This document shows, one piece after another, positions 11,286 through 20,780 of a stretch of 64,000 nt of DNA. The DNA comes from Myxococcota bacterium. GTDB taxonomy: Bacteria > Myxococcota_A > UBA9160 > JAFDDA01. The notes below the pieces were generated by a model. The model made no database searches. It was not told the origin of the DNA and was given only the letters and a program-made list of their open reading frames with translations. The stretch's first letter is position 1; the number at the start of each line of letters is the position of its first letter. Made by a program: the position numbers and the translations under genes. The DNA is taken from NCBI GenBank assembly GCA_965228475.1, contig OZ245817.1, positions 2,752,001 through 2,816,000 of the forward strand, given 5' to 3'.

Positions 11286-12127
11286 AGCGTTCCGAACGCC
11301 TTGCTCAGCAGGAAGTCGACCCAGCGGTCCGGCAGGCGGGCGAGCCAGGCCTGTCCGGTGGCGTCGGTGCCGACCCGATAGCGGGTCTTCGGCCGGCGGG
11401 CCGAGAGCGCATGGTGCACGGCCTTCGCGACCTTCTCGACCGGAGCCGCGCTCGCGGATCGCTCGTCGACGAGCCCCTGCACCTTTTCGATCGCACCGCC
11501 ATAGAGCTCATGGGCGCGCTCCGGGAGCTTCTCGATGATCTCGTCCGCGGCCGACTTCGACTTCTCCCAGATCGGCGTCTGGATCGCACCCGGCTGCACG
11601 ATCGAAACCGAGAGCTTCCAGGGCAGGAGTTCCCGACGGAGGGCGTCCCCCACCGCTTCGATCGCGTACTTCGAGGCGCAGTAGGCCCCGGTGAAGGGCG
11701 TCGAGAGGTAACCGCTCGAGGAGCCCACGAAGACGATGCGGCCGTTCGCGCGGCGGAGCAGCGGGAGACAGGCACGCGTCACCGCGAGCTGGCCGACGAC
11801 GTTCACCTCGAGCTGGCGCCGCAGGTCTTCGCTCTCGAGGAACTCGAGCGGGCCGGCCACGGCGATGCCGGCGTTGTTGACCAGGCCGGCCAGGCCCTCG
11901 CCCGCGAGCTCGCGCTCGAGACCCGCAACGGTCTCCGCGATCTGGGCTTCGTCGAGCACGTCGAGCCGGACGGGCGTCACGCGGCCGCCGCTCGCCGAGC
12001 GAAGCGCCTCGGCATCGGTGTCGCGCCGGACGCCTGCGAACACCCGAAAGCCCCGCTCGGCCAGGTCGAGGGCGCAGGCACGCCCGATGCCCGTCGAGGC
12101 GCCCGTGATCAGGATCGAATCGTTCAT
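11282..12127 (-). CDS. SDR family oxidoreductase (retinol/17-beta-HSD-like)
   Basis: Motifs TGASTGIG, NNAGI and YCASK. Confidence 0.92.
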   Translation of the reverse strand: MNDSILITGASTGIGRACALDLAERGFRVFAGVRRDTDAEALRSASGGRVTPVRLDVLDEAQIAETVAGLERELAGEGLAGLVNNAGIAVAGPLEFLESEDLRRQLEVNVVGQLAVTRACLPLLRRANGRIVFVGSSSGYLSTPFTGAYCASKYAIEAVGDALRRELLPWKLSVSIVQPGAIQTPIWEKSKSAADEIIEKLPERAHELYGGAIEKVQGLVDERSASAAPVEKVAKAVHHALSARRPKTRYRVGTDATGQAWLARLPDRWVDFLLSKAFGTL

Positions 12128-12239
12128 GGCGCCGACACTAGCCCAGCGCCGGAAGTGAGCCCTCGCGGGCCGCTTCCCGAAACACGACCGGCGGGCCACC
12201 CGGAAGTGGCCCGCCGGCAGGGTCACGCGAAGCGCGGCA

Positions 12240-12443
12240 CTAGGCCGCGTAGCTCCGCTTCGCCTGGATCTTGCCGTTGCGCCCCTTGATCTTGAGCACG
12301 CCGCCGGCCCGCTTGGCCAGGGAGCGGCCGCGACGCACGGCGACGTCCTTCTTCTTGTGGGTGCTCTCGGGGCTCTTCTTGCCCTCGCGCTGCACCATCC
12401 AACCGTCTTGCGAGCTGCGAACGACGAACGACTTCATGGCCAT
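12240..12443 (-). CDS. DUF2188 family small basic protein
   Basis: FVVRSSQDGWMVQREGKKSPESTHKKKDVAVRRGRSLAK..LKIKGRNGKIQ..SY; GAGGAG RBS. Confidence 0.85.
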   Translation of the reverse strand: MAMKSFVVRSSQDGWMVQREGKKSPESTHKKKDVAVRRGRSLAKRAGGVLKIKGRNGKIQAKRSYAA

Positions 12444-12658
12444 GTTCTTCTCTCCTCGTGGCTCCCGTCCTGTGGTCCCCAAAAACGGAGAGGGTGGAGC
12501 CGCGGGGGTCCGATCGGTCGACGCGCGAACGGCCTGTAGCGTCTCGCACACTGCAATCTGCGGACGTGATCGAACGCGCAGCCGGCCGGTGTTCGCGGTC
12601 ACCCGATGGCGGGCGGGCTCGTCCGATCTCCAGGGAAACCGACGAGGACTCCACTCCC

Positions 12659-13993
12659 ATGCTGGACCGGAATCGCAGGCGCGGTTGCCACCCGCGGCGC
12701 CTCGCGACGCTCGGAGCCCTCGGCTCCGGCCTGTTCGCGTTCGCACTCGGAACCGCCACCGCCTCGGAACCCGCGAGCGCCACCGATCTCGAAGCGTCCG
12801 CCGCGCTCGTCGAGCTCGCGCCCGCCCATGCCGCGCTCGAGGCCCTCGCGCCCATCGTCGACGGCTCGCCGCGCGCGGTGGAGCTCACGATCGACTCCCC
12901 CGAGAGCGGCGAGATCTTCAGCGGAGAGCCCATCGCGTCCTTTCGAGGCTCGCTCTCGGCGCTCGGACAGACGGGGCGCGTGGACGCGATCGTGGTGATC
13001 GACACGTCCGCCTCGACGGGGCGCCGCGCGGAGCCCCGTGATGCGGTCCGCGCCCGGCATCGCGGGCGCTTCGCTCCGCGCACCGCGCCGGCGTCGATCC
13101 TCGAACAGGAGATCCGCTCGGTCGAGCGCATGCTCGCCGACGTCGACCCGGGAAAGACCCGGCTCGGCATCGTGACCTTCGCCGGGGACGACCCTCGGAG
13201 TCCCGAACCGGCCTCCCCCATTCGCGTCGAAGTGCCCCTCACCGCGCGCCTCGAGACGCTCGACGCCGGGCTCCAGCGCGTGGCGGCACGCGGCGCGGCC
13301 GGACAGACCGACATGGCCGGTGCCCTCGACCGGGCCGTGGCCGAGCTGCTCGGTCGCGGGAGCTCCGAGCCGTCCGAGGGGGCGAGCAAGGTCGTCGTCT
13401 TCCTCACCGACGGCACCCCGACCCTGCCCCACGCGGATACGCGCGAGAACGAGCGCGAGGTCTTCGCCGCCGCAGAGCGCGCGGCCGCCGCCGGCATCCG
13501 GGTCTTCTCCTTCGCCATCGGCCCCGAGGCCATCGGACGCCCGATCGCCGCCGCCGAGATGGCCCGACGAACGGGGGGAGCCTTCACCCCCGTCCGCAAG
13601 CCCGCGGAGCTCACCCAGGCCGTCACACGGCGTGTCGAGTTCGCGGGCGTCGGAGGAAGGCTCGAGATCCGCAACACCACCAACCGCGAGGCCGCACAGG
13701 ACCTCGAGATCGCCGAAGGGGAGTTCTCGGGCCGGATCGCGCTGCGAACCGGAAAGAACGAGATCTTCGTGCGCGCGCGCGCCGGACGCCGGAGCGTGGA
13801 GCTCCGGCGAGCGGTCCACTATGCGCCGGGCGAGGTGAAGGTCTTCCGGCCCTCGACGTGGTTCGGCGGGCCCGTCCCGAACCCGCCGACGAAGGCGGAG
13901 CTCGACGTCACGCTCGGCCAGCGCCGGGAGCTCGACTTCCAGGTCGGTGAACCGACGACACTTCGCGGTGAGCCGGCGAAGCTTCGGCGCTAG
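12659..13993 (+). CDS. Secreted von Willebrand factor A domain protein
   Basis: MIDAS motifs VIDTSAS, TDMAGAL and VFLTDG; N-terminal hydrophobic segment. Confidence 0.85.
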   Translation: MLDRNRRRGCHPRRLATLGALGSGLFAFALGTATASEPASATDLEASAALVELAPAHAALEALAPIVDGSPRAVELTIDSPESGEIFSGEPIASFRGSLSALGQTGRVDAIVVIDTSASTGRRAEPRDAVRARHRGRFAPRTAPASILEQEIRSVERMLADVDPGKTRLGIVTFAGDDPRSPEPASPIRVEVPLTARLETLDAGLQRVAARGAAGQTDMAGALDRAVAELLGRGSSEPSEGASKVVVFLTDGTPTLPHADTRENEREVFAAAERAAAAGIRVFSFAIGPEAIGRPIAAAEMARRTGGAFTPVRKPAELTQAVTRRVEFAGVGGRLEIRNTTNREAAQDLEIAEGEFSGRIALRTGKNEIFVRARAGRRSVELRRAVHYAPGEVKVFRPSTWFGGPVPNPPTKAELDVTLGQRRELDFQVGEPTTLRGEPAKLRR

Positions 13994-14997
13994 CCCTCGC
14001 CCTGGAGCGCCTCGACCGCCTGGGCCGCATCCGCCCGCACGAGCTCGATCTGCTCCGCTCCGAGCCCGAGCGCGTTGGCCGCATGTTCGAGGGTCTTCTC
14101 GCTGCTGCGATCCACGCCCGTGTGGCTCCGGATGCAATCGCGCTCCATCTCGGAGAGCTCCTCGAGGCGGTCGTTCTCCTTGGGGAGGACGCCGAAGCCG
14201 AGCCCGTGGGCGAGGTCGTCCGCGAGGCAGACGGTGGCCGCCAGGGGATGAGGCTCGCCCTTGAGGATGACCTGATGGTGCGCCGCGAGGACGGTCCGAA
14301 GCTCCTCGGGCAGCTCCCAGTGTTCGGCCATCAGCTCGGCCGCGCGCTCGTGGACGCGGTCCACCGCCGGCCAGATGGCGATCAGGTCCGGCGGCTTCGC
14401 CCGCGGCCCCTTGCGGTCCGAGAGCGCGAGCAGCGTGCCGGCGATCCCGACGTCGTGGAGGAGGCCCGCCATGAACGCGTACTCGCCCTCGACTTCGGTG
14501 TGCTTGCAGACCGCCTTGCTGATGTGGGCCGTCGCCGTCGCGTGCCGGCGCAGGAACTCCATGGTGTCGGTGTAGTCCTCGGACTTGAACACCTTCATGT
14601 TCATCGAGATCTCCATCACGAGATCACGCAGGGTCTTGATCCCGAGGCGCATCAGCGCGTCGTGGAGCGACTCGATGCGGGCCGCGCCCGCGTAGACCGG
14701 CGACTGCACGAGCTTCAGGATCCGGCCGGCGATGAAGCCGTCCTTCTCGAGGAGTGAAACGACGTCTTGGATTTCGACCTCGGGACGCCGTGCGAGCTCC
14801 ATCAGCTCGAGCGCGACCGCCGGCAGCGTCGGGGGCCGGTAGTCCGGCGCCTCGAGACAGGCGAGGAGCTTCGCGACCATCGCCTCCTCGTCGAGCAGAA
14901 CGTCGTCGGTGAAGGCGATCGTGGCCTTCCCCTCGCCGTATCCCTCCTCGCCTTTTCGCTTCCCGAGACGCTTCTTTTTCCGCGGAAGAATGCCCAT
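13990..14997 (-). CDS. HDOD domain protein
   Basis: Motifs PPTLPAVALEL, ILKLVQSPVY, ALMRLG, AGLLHDVG and HWELPEEL..HH. Confidence 0.9.
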   Translation of the reverse strand: MGILPRKKKRLGKRKGEEGYGEGKATIAFTDDVLLDEEAMVAKLLACLEAPDYRPPTLPAVALELMELARRPEVEIQDVVSLLEKDGFIAGRILKLVQSPVYAGAARIESLHDALMRLGIKTLRDLVMEISMNMKVFKSEDYTDTMEFLRRHATATAHISKAVCKHTEVEGEYAFMAGLLHDVGIAGTLLALSDRKGPRAKPPDLIAIWPAVDRVHERAAELMAEHWELPEELRTVLAAHHQVILKGEPHPLAATVCLADDLAHGLGFGVLPKENDRLEELSEMERDCIRSHTGVDRSSEKTLEHAANALGLGAEQIELVRADAAQAVEALQGEG

Positions 14998-15234
14998 CCC
15001 GAACGGATCGGGTGGGGTGGCGCCGCTCTTGAGGCTGCGACGCGCGCGCCGTCCGGCCGATGACCCCGGGGGCGCCCGCAGCGCGGGATTCCGCCGACGC
15101 GAACTCGGGGTTCGCCGACGGTCCCTCCGGGGTTTCCCGGAACGTCGTTTTTGGAGACGGAAGCGTTGCGTTCCCGACCCAGATCGGGCCTAATCCGTTT
15201 GCCCGGCCGCTGGCCCGGACGAGGAGTGATCGAC

Positions 15235-15921
15235 GTGCGACGCCAGCCCCCGGCCTTCGCCCCGAACACGGCATCGAGACCCGCGAAGATCCCGCTTGGC
15301 ATCTTCGTGCTTTCGCTCCTTCTCGCGAGCGGCTTCCCCGTCGGCGGAGCGCGGGCCGACGGTGCCGCCGCGAGCGAAACCGACCTTCGCATCGAGCGAC
15401 CGGCCAAGCTCGAGCAGGTGCGCCACGCGCTCCGCGTGGAAGGCCGCCGCCTCGCCCCGGACGAGCGCAGAGAGATCGCGGAGATCATCGTCGCGGTCGC
15501 GAAGCGCAACGGACTCTCGGCCTGGACCCTGCTCGCGCTGATCCAACAGGAGAGCCGCTTCGACCCGAAGGCGCGCGGCCCCCGCGGCGCCCTCGGGTTG
15601 ATGCAGGTCCGCCCCTTCGTCGCCGCCGACGTGGCGCGCCGCCACCAGCTGCCGTGGACCGGGCCGGAAACGCTCTTCGAGCCCGTCGCCAACGTGCGAA
15701 TCGGAATGATCTACCTCGTCGAGCAGCTCGAACGCTTCGGCACCGTCGAACGGGCCCTCGCGGCGTACAACATGGGGCCGACCCGCCTCTCGCGGCGGCT
15801 CGCCGCCGGGCGCAACCAGCGGGGCCCGTACGTCCGGAAGGTGCTCTCGAAGGCGGAGCACCTCGCGCAGCAGACCCCGCCGAGCGACGCCCCGGACATC
15901 CGGCACGCCGCCGGCGGCTGA
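15235..15921 (+). CDS. Lytic transglycosylase (SLT domain); start uncertain (15226 or 15235)
   Basis: Motifs LIQQESRFDPKA, GALGLMQV and ALAAYNMGP; GAGGAG RBS at 15221. Confidence 0.9.
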   Translation: MRRQPPAFAPNTASRPAKIPLGIFVLSLLLASGFPVGGARADGAAASETDLRIERPAKLEQVRHALRVEGRRLAPDERREIAEIIVAVAKRNGLSAWTLLALIQQESRFDPKARGPRGALGLMQVRPFVAADVARRHQLPWTGPETLFEPVANVRIGMIYLVEQLERFGTVERALAAYNMGPTRLSRRLAAGRNQRGPYVRKVLSKAEHLAQQTPPSDAPDIRHAAGG

Positions 15922-15998
15922 GACCCGCCCCACCGCGCCTCGAACGCTGGACCGACGCCCACCGCGCCGACCTTTCCGGTCCGGTATCTTGCGCGGCG

Positions 15999-17576
15999 AT
16001 GGCGCCCGGAGACGACGCAACCGCGCAATGGACGGGACGCCAGCGCGCCGCGTGGAACGCGGGGGGCGTCCTCGTCGCCCGCGCGATCCTCCTCGCGATC
16101 GGCTTCTTCCTCGTCCCGTTCATGATCGAGAAGATGGGGAAGGAAGAGTACGGGCTCTTCCAGTTCACCCAGACGTTCCTCGTCTACCTGCCACTGCTCA
16201 CGCTCTCCGCCGGCACGGGCCTGAACCGCTTCCTCACGAACGCGCTCGCGCGCGACGAGCCGGGTCTCGTCGCGCGAACGCTCGCCACCGGGGCCTGGGT
16301 GCTCTCCGCGGCCGCCCTGGCCCTCGGCGGCGCGGGCGCCCTGCTCGCCTGGTCCCTGCCGGAGATCTGGCCTTCCCTCGGCGAGGGCGCGGGGCGCGCC
16401 CGCCAGCTGCTGTTCCTGCTGAGCGCCGGGCTCGCGATCCAGACCGTCGCGGGCGTCTTCCGCGCCGTGCTCTTCGCCCACGAGCGGCTCGGCGAAGCGA
16501 ACCTCCTCTCGGCGGTCTCGAACGTCGTCCGCGCGGCGGTGATCGTGGTCGCCTTCCAGAGCTTCGGCGGCTCGCTCCTCTGGGTCGGCGTGGCGACGCT
16601 CCTCGGGATCCTCGTCGAAAGCGCCGTCGAGGCCCTCTTCGCCCGCAAGCTCCTGCCGGGCGTCTCGATCTCCTGGCGTGAACGGGACGCCGCCGCGAGC
16701 CGCGAGCTGCTCTCCTTCAGCGCGCTCGCCACCTTCGGCGGCTTCACGAACGCACTCCTCCTCTCGAGCGACAACCTCTTGATCCAGGCCGTCTTCGGCT
16801 CGGCGGGGCCCGAGCGCATCGCCGTGTTCAGCGTCGCCGCCATGTGGGACCCGATGCTCCGCGGCTTCTTGATGCAGCTCACGGCCATCGTCGTGCCCCG
16901 GATGACGCAGATGGCCGCGCGCGAAGACCTCGGCGCCCTGCGCGACCTGACGAACCTCTCGGTGCGCTACGCGACCGCCCTGGTCGCGGGCCCCTGCATC
17001 GTGTTCGGCCTCTACGCGGATGCGTTCCTCGGCCTCTGGCTCGGAGCCACGCTTTCCCCGGACGACCTCGCGACCGCCGCCCGGGTGCTGCGCTGGATCC
17101 TGGTGACGATCGTCCTGCAGATGTCGATGAACTCGACCTACGGCGTGTTCTATGCGACGGGGCACCTGACGGCACCGATCGTCGTCTCCCTGCTCGTGGC
17201 GCTCGCCAAGATCGGACTGAGCCTCGCCCTCGCGGGCCCCCTGGGCTTCGGCCTCCCCGGCATCGCCATGGCCACCGCCGTCTGTGTCGGGGTCTCGCAG
17301 ATCCTCGTCCGCCCGTGGCTCCTGTGGCGCGAGATCGCGCTCTCGCCCGGGTGCCTGCTGGCCACCGGCCTCGCGCCCGGGGCGGCCGCCGGGGCCGTGG
17401 TCCTCGCCGCGGGCTCCTGGCTCGTCGGCGCCCTCCCGCCCACGGGGATCGTGGGCCTGGCGGCCAGCGCGGCCGGCCTCGGCCTCGCCTACGCCCTGCT
17501 CTGCTGGCTCTGGGTCGTCCTGCCCGAGGACCGCAGGCGCGTCCAGGACGCCCTGGGCCGGGCCCTGCGGGGCTGA
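15999..17576 (+). CDS. Polysaccharide flippase (Wzx/MOP superfamily)
   Basis: About 12-14 hydrophobic segments; MGKEEYGLF and RELLSFS motifs typical of polysaccharide exporters. Confidence 0.85.
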   Translation: MAPGDDATAQWTGRQRAAWNAGGVLVARAILLAIGFFLVPFMIEKMGKEEYGLFQFTQTFLVYLPLLTLSAGTGLNRFLTNALARDEPGLVARTLATGAWVLSAAALALGGAGALLAWSLPEIWPSLGEGAGRARQLLFLLSAGLAIQTVAGVFRAVLFAHERLGEANLLSAVSNVVRAAVIVVAFQSFGGSLLWVGVATLLGILVESAVEALFARKLLPGVSISWRERDAAASRELLSFSALATFGGFTNALLLSSDNLLIQAVFGSAGPERIAVFSVAAMWDPMLRGFLMQLTAIVVPRMTQMAAREDLGALRDLTNLSVRYATALVAGPCIVFGLYADAFLGLWLGATLSPDDLATAARVLRWILVTIVLQMSMNSTYGVFYATGHLTAPIVVSLLVALAKIGLSLALAGPLGFGLPGIAMATAVCVGVSQILVRPWLLWREIALSPGCLLATGLAPGAAAGAVVLAAGSWLVGALPPTGIVGLAASAAGLGLAYALLCWLWVVLPEDRRRVQDALGRALRG

Positions 17577-17694
17577 CCGGCAGCCCGCCGGCAAGACCTC
17601 GGAACACCGGCAGTTCGGGCCGCAAACCGCTGACACAACGGCCGGCCGGCCACCACTCATCTCCAGCCACCCGTCATGGTTGGAGGTTCACCCC

Positions 17695-18717
17695 TTGGAA
17701 CCCGTCGCCCGGCCGACCGTCAGCATCGTCACCTCGCTCTACAACAAGGCCAGCTACATCGCCGCAGCGGCCAAGAGCGTCCTGGCCCAGGACTTCGATT
17801 CCTTCGAGTGGGTGATCGTCGACGACGGTTCGACGGACGGCTCCGCAGATCGCCTGCCCGACGACCCGCGCATCCGCGTGATCCGCCAGGAGAACGCCGG
17901 CATGGCCGCGGCCGTGAACCGCGCCGTTGCCGAGGCCCGCGGCGAGTTCGTGACCTTCCTCGACGCCGACGACGCCCTCCTGCCCGGGAAGCTCTCGAAG
18001 CAGGTGGCGATCGCCCGGGCCCATCCCGACGCCGACTGGGTGCTCTCGGGCTTCCAGAGCCGCTCCGCCGACGGCGTTCGCACCCGCCTTCCGCTCGGCG
18101 ACGACGTCCCGGCCGGAACCGTGCGCGCCTTCGACGACGCCCACGTCGCCCTCGAGCTCGGCGGCCAGCGGCTCGATGCGCTCCTGCTCCGCCGCGAGGA
18201 CTTCGACGTCGTCGGCGGCCTGATCCACGAGGCCACCCCCTTCGACCACGCCCACTTCTTCGCCCGCCTCTTCCTCGCCCGCCCGCACTGCGTCGTGCAC
18301 CAGGGGGCGGTGAGTCTCTACGACCTCGAGGTTCCGGGAAGCCTCTACAAGCAGGCCATGAAGCGGGTCGAGGGCTGCCGGATGATCTCCGAGCTTCACC
18401 GCGCGCTCGCTCGCCGGTACCCCCACCACCGACGGTCCCTCCTGCGCCAGGCCGAGCGGAGCTTCTGCCAGTACGCGCGCGGCATGGCCCTGAACGGGCA
18501 TCGTGCGACCGCGCTGCTCGAACTCGGCCTGCGTTACCGGGGCGTGCGTCGGGCGCCGTTCCTCGCGGCCCTCGGACGGGTCCTGACGCCGGAGCTTCTC
18601 GCCGATGCGCTGAAGGCTTCGATGACCCTCCTCCGGGGCCTCTCGGTGGGCGAGCCGGCAGCCGCCCGCCCGATCCCGGCGACGGCGGCCGCGGCGCCCG
18701 CGCAGCTCGGCGCCTAG
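17695..18717 (+). CDS. Glycosyltransferase family 2
   Basis: Motifs VSIVTSLYN, IVDDGSTD and FLDADD; TTG start after GGAGG. Confidence 0.88.
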   Translation: MEPVARPTVSIVTSLYNKASYIAAAAKSVLAQDFDSFEWVIVDDGSTDGSADRLPDDPRIRVIRQENAGMAAAVNRAVAEARGEFVTFLDADDALLPGKLSKQVAIARAHPDADWVLSGFQSRSADGVRTRLPLGDDVPAGTVRAFDDAHVALELGGQRLDALLLRREDFDVVGGLIHEATPFDHAHFFARLFLARPHCVVHQGAVSLYDLEVPGSLYKQAMKRVEGCRMISELHRALARRYPHHRRSLLRQAERSFCQYARGMALNGHRATALLELGLRYRGVRRAPFLAALGRVLTPELLADALKASMTLLRGLSVGEPAAARPIPATAAAAPAQLGA

Positions 18718-18790
18718 CGCGCCCGCTTCGGGCCCGGCCCGCCGGAGTTCGTGTCGCCGGGCCTTCGCGCCGGCCCGCTAAGCTCCCGCC

Positions 18791-19852
18791 ATGGCGAACG
18801 ACCCCTCGCGAGACGCGGCCCTCGCGCGCGCCGAGACCCTCCCGGCCTCCGCCTACCGCGACGCCTCCGCCTTCGAGGCGGAGCGGCGCGAGGTCTTCGG
18901 CCGCTCCTGGCTACTCGCCGCCCACGCGGACGAGCTCGCGGAGCCCGGCGCCACCGTTGCGGAGCGCCTGGCCGGCTGGCCGATCTTCCTCCGGCGCGGA
19001 CGGGACGGCGTGCTGCGAGGCTTCCACGACGTCTGCCGCCACCGCGCCGGCCCGATCGTCGGCATGCCCGAAGGGGACGTCGCGAAGACCTGCACCGTCC
19101 CGAAGCTCCGCTGCCGGTACCACGGCTGGATCTACGGCGAGGACGGCGGGCTCGAGCGCACGCCGGACTTCGGCGCGGCCGAGGACTTCGAGCCGAGTGC
19201 GCTCGCCCTGGCCCCGCTCCGCGTCGCCTGCTGGCGCGGCTTCGTCTTCGTCTCCTTCGACGCGGAGGGCCCCGAACTCGCCGAATCGCTCGGGCGGCTC
19301 CCCGAGCTCACGGAGCGGCTCGACCTCGAGCGCTTCCGGTTCCACTCGCGCAGCGCGCACCGGCTCGCGTGCAACTGGAAGACCTACGTCGAGAACTACC
19401 TCGAGGGCTATCACATCCCCTACGTCCACCCGCGCCTGCACCGCGAGATCGACGTGAAGGGGTACGAGATCGAGGCGGGGCGAAGCGTCGTCACCCACCA
19501 TGCGCCGGCGCGCGCGCGCGTCGCGGAACCCGTCTACGACGGCCTCTGGGCGTGGCTCTTCCCGAACGTCGCCTTCAACGTCTACGGGGAGGGGCTCTCG
19601 GTCGAACGCATGGTGCCCGTCTCACCGAGCGAGATGCGCATCGAGTACCTCTTCCTGTTCGCCGACGGGGCCGACCCGGAGGCGGCCCTCGCCATGTGCG
19701 CCGAGGTCACGGACGAAGACCGCCGAATCTGCGAAGCCGTCCAGCGGAACCTCGAGGCCGGGGTCTACGACCGGGGACGTCTCTCGCCCCGCCACGAGGC
19801 GGGCGTCTTCTACTTCCAGTCCCGGTTGCGCGAAGCGCTCGCCCGCGACTGA
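18791..19852 (+). CDS. Rieske non-heme iron oxygenase alpha subunit (choline monooxygenase/CntA-like)
   Basis: Rieske ligands CRHR...CRYHGW; mononuclear Fe motif ENYLEGYHIPYVH...ED. Confidence 0.92.
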   Translation: MANDPSRDAALARAETLPASAYRDASAFEAERREVFGRSWLLAAHADELAEPGATVAERLAGWPIFLRRGRDGVLRGFHDVCRHRAGPIVGMPEGDVAKTCTVPKLRCRYHGWIYGEDGGLERTPDFGAAEDFEPSALALAPLRVACWRGFVFVSFDAEGPELAESLGRLPELTERLDLERFRFHSRSAHRLACNWKTYVENYLEGYHIPYVHPRLHREIDVKGYEIEAGRSVVTHHAPARARVAEPVYDGLWAWLFPNVAFNVYGEGLSVERMVPVSPSEMRIEYLFLFADGADPEAALAMCAEVTDEDRRICEAVQRNLEAGVYDRGRLSPRHEAGVFYFQSRLREALARD

Positions 19853-19916
19853 GGGCGAACGCGCCGGGCCCGCCCGCCGAGCCCGTGCGCCCGCCGGTTC
19901 GGCTACCGTCCGGGCC

Positions 19917-20711
19917 GTGACCGAACCCACCGACTTCCGAGAACGCTTCGGGCCCTGGGCCGTCGTGACCGGCGCCGCCCAGGGCGTGGGGCTCGCCTAC
20001 GCCGAGGAGGCGCTCACGCGGGGGCTTCGCGTCCTGCTCGTCGACCGCGACCCGAAGGTCGAAGACGTCGCCCACGGTCTCGGTGCCGAAGCCCGCGCCC
20101 TCGTCGCGGACCTCGCGGATCCGGCCTGGATCGATCGGCTGGCCGAAGCCACCGCCGGGCTCGAGGTCGGCCTGGCCGTCGCGAACGCGGGCGTGAGCTT
20201 CGTCGGACGCTTTCTCGACATGCCGGCGGCCCGCCGCGACGCGATCCTGCGCGTGAACTGCGACGCCACCGTGCACATGGCCGAGTGGGCGCTCCCGCCC
20301 ATGGTGGCGCGCGGGCGGGGCGCCTTCATCGTGACGAGTTCGGGGTCCGCCCTCGCCGGCACCGCGGGCGTCGCCCTCTACAGCGCGACCAAGGCCTTCG
20401 TCTTGAATCTGGCGGAAGCCCTCGGGTACGAACTCCGGGAGACCGGGGTCGTCACCCAGGCGGTCGTCGCGCCGAGCATGAGTACGCCCGCCTTCGGCGA
20501 AAGCGGCGCGGACCCCGAGCGCATGGTGACGCCGGCCGTCGACCCGCGCGACGTGGTCCGCGGCGCCCTCGACGCCCTGGGCGAGGGCACCTGCTGGCTC
20601 GCCGACCCCGGGCTCGAGTTCATGGCCGGCCTCGACCGGCGGAAGTCCGCCGATCTGATTTCCGCTGCAACGATGGGGATGTACCCGAAGGTCTTCGAGC
20701 AGGACTCGTAG
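19917..20711 (+). CDS. SDR family oxidoreductase
   Basis: Motifs WAVVTGAAQGVG, NAG and YSATK. Confidence 0.9.
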   Translation: MTEPTDFRERFGPWAVVTGAAQGVGLAYAEEALTRGLRVLLVDRDPKVEDVAHGLGAEARALVADLADPAWIDRLAEATAGLEVGLAVANAGVSFVGRFLDMPAARRDAILRVNCDATVHMAEWALPPMVARGRGAFIVTSSGSALAGTAGVALYSATKAFVLNLAEALGYELRETGVVTQAVVAPSMSTPAFGESGADPERMVTPAVDPRDVVRGALDALGEGTCWLADPGLEFMAGLDRRKSADLISAATMGMYPKVFEQDS

Positions 20712-20729
20712 GGCCCACGGCCCCGGCCT

Positions 20730-20780
20730 TCAGCGCCGCCGCGGCCCTCAGCGCCGCCGCGGCCCTCAGCGCCGCCGCGG
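20730..20780. repeat. 18-bp tandem repeat (about 2.8 copies of TCAGCGCCGCCGCGGCCC)
   Basis: Directly visible; the last copy contains the stop codon of the minus-strand methyltransferase. Confidence 0.9.

Noticed and set aside
17577..17690. Possible c-di-GMP-I (GEMM) riboswitch before the GT2 gene (GGCAA...GGGCCGCAAA)
   Set aside because: Only short fragments match and I could not build the GNRA-capped stem and receptor. An Rfam RF01051 scan would settle it.
20730..20780. CRISPR-like repeat
   Set aside because: Units are 18 bp, directly adjacent without spacers, and there are no cas genes.
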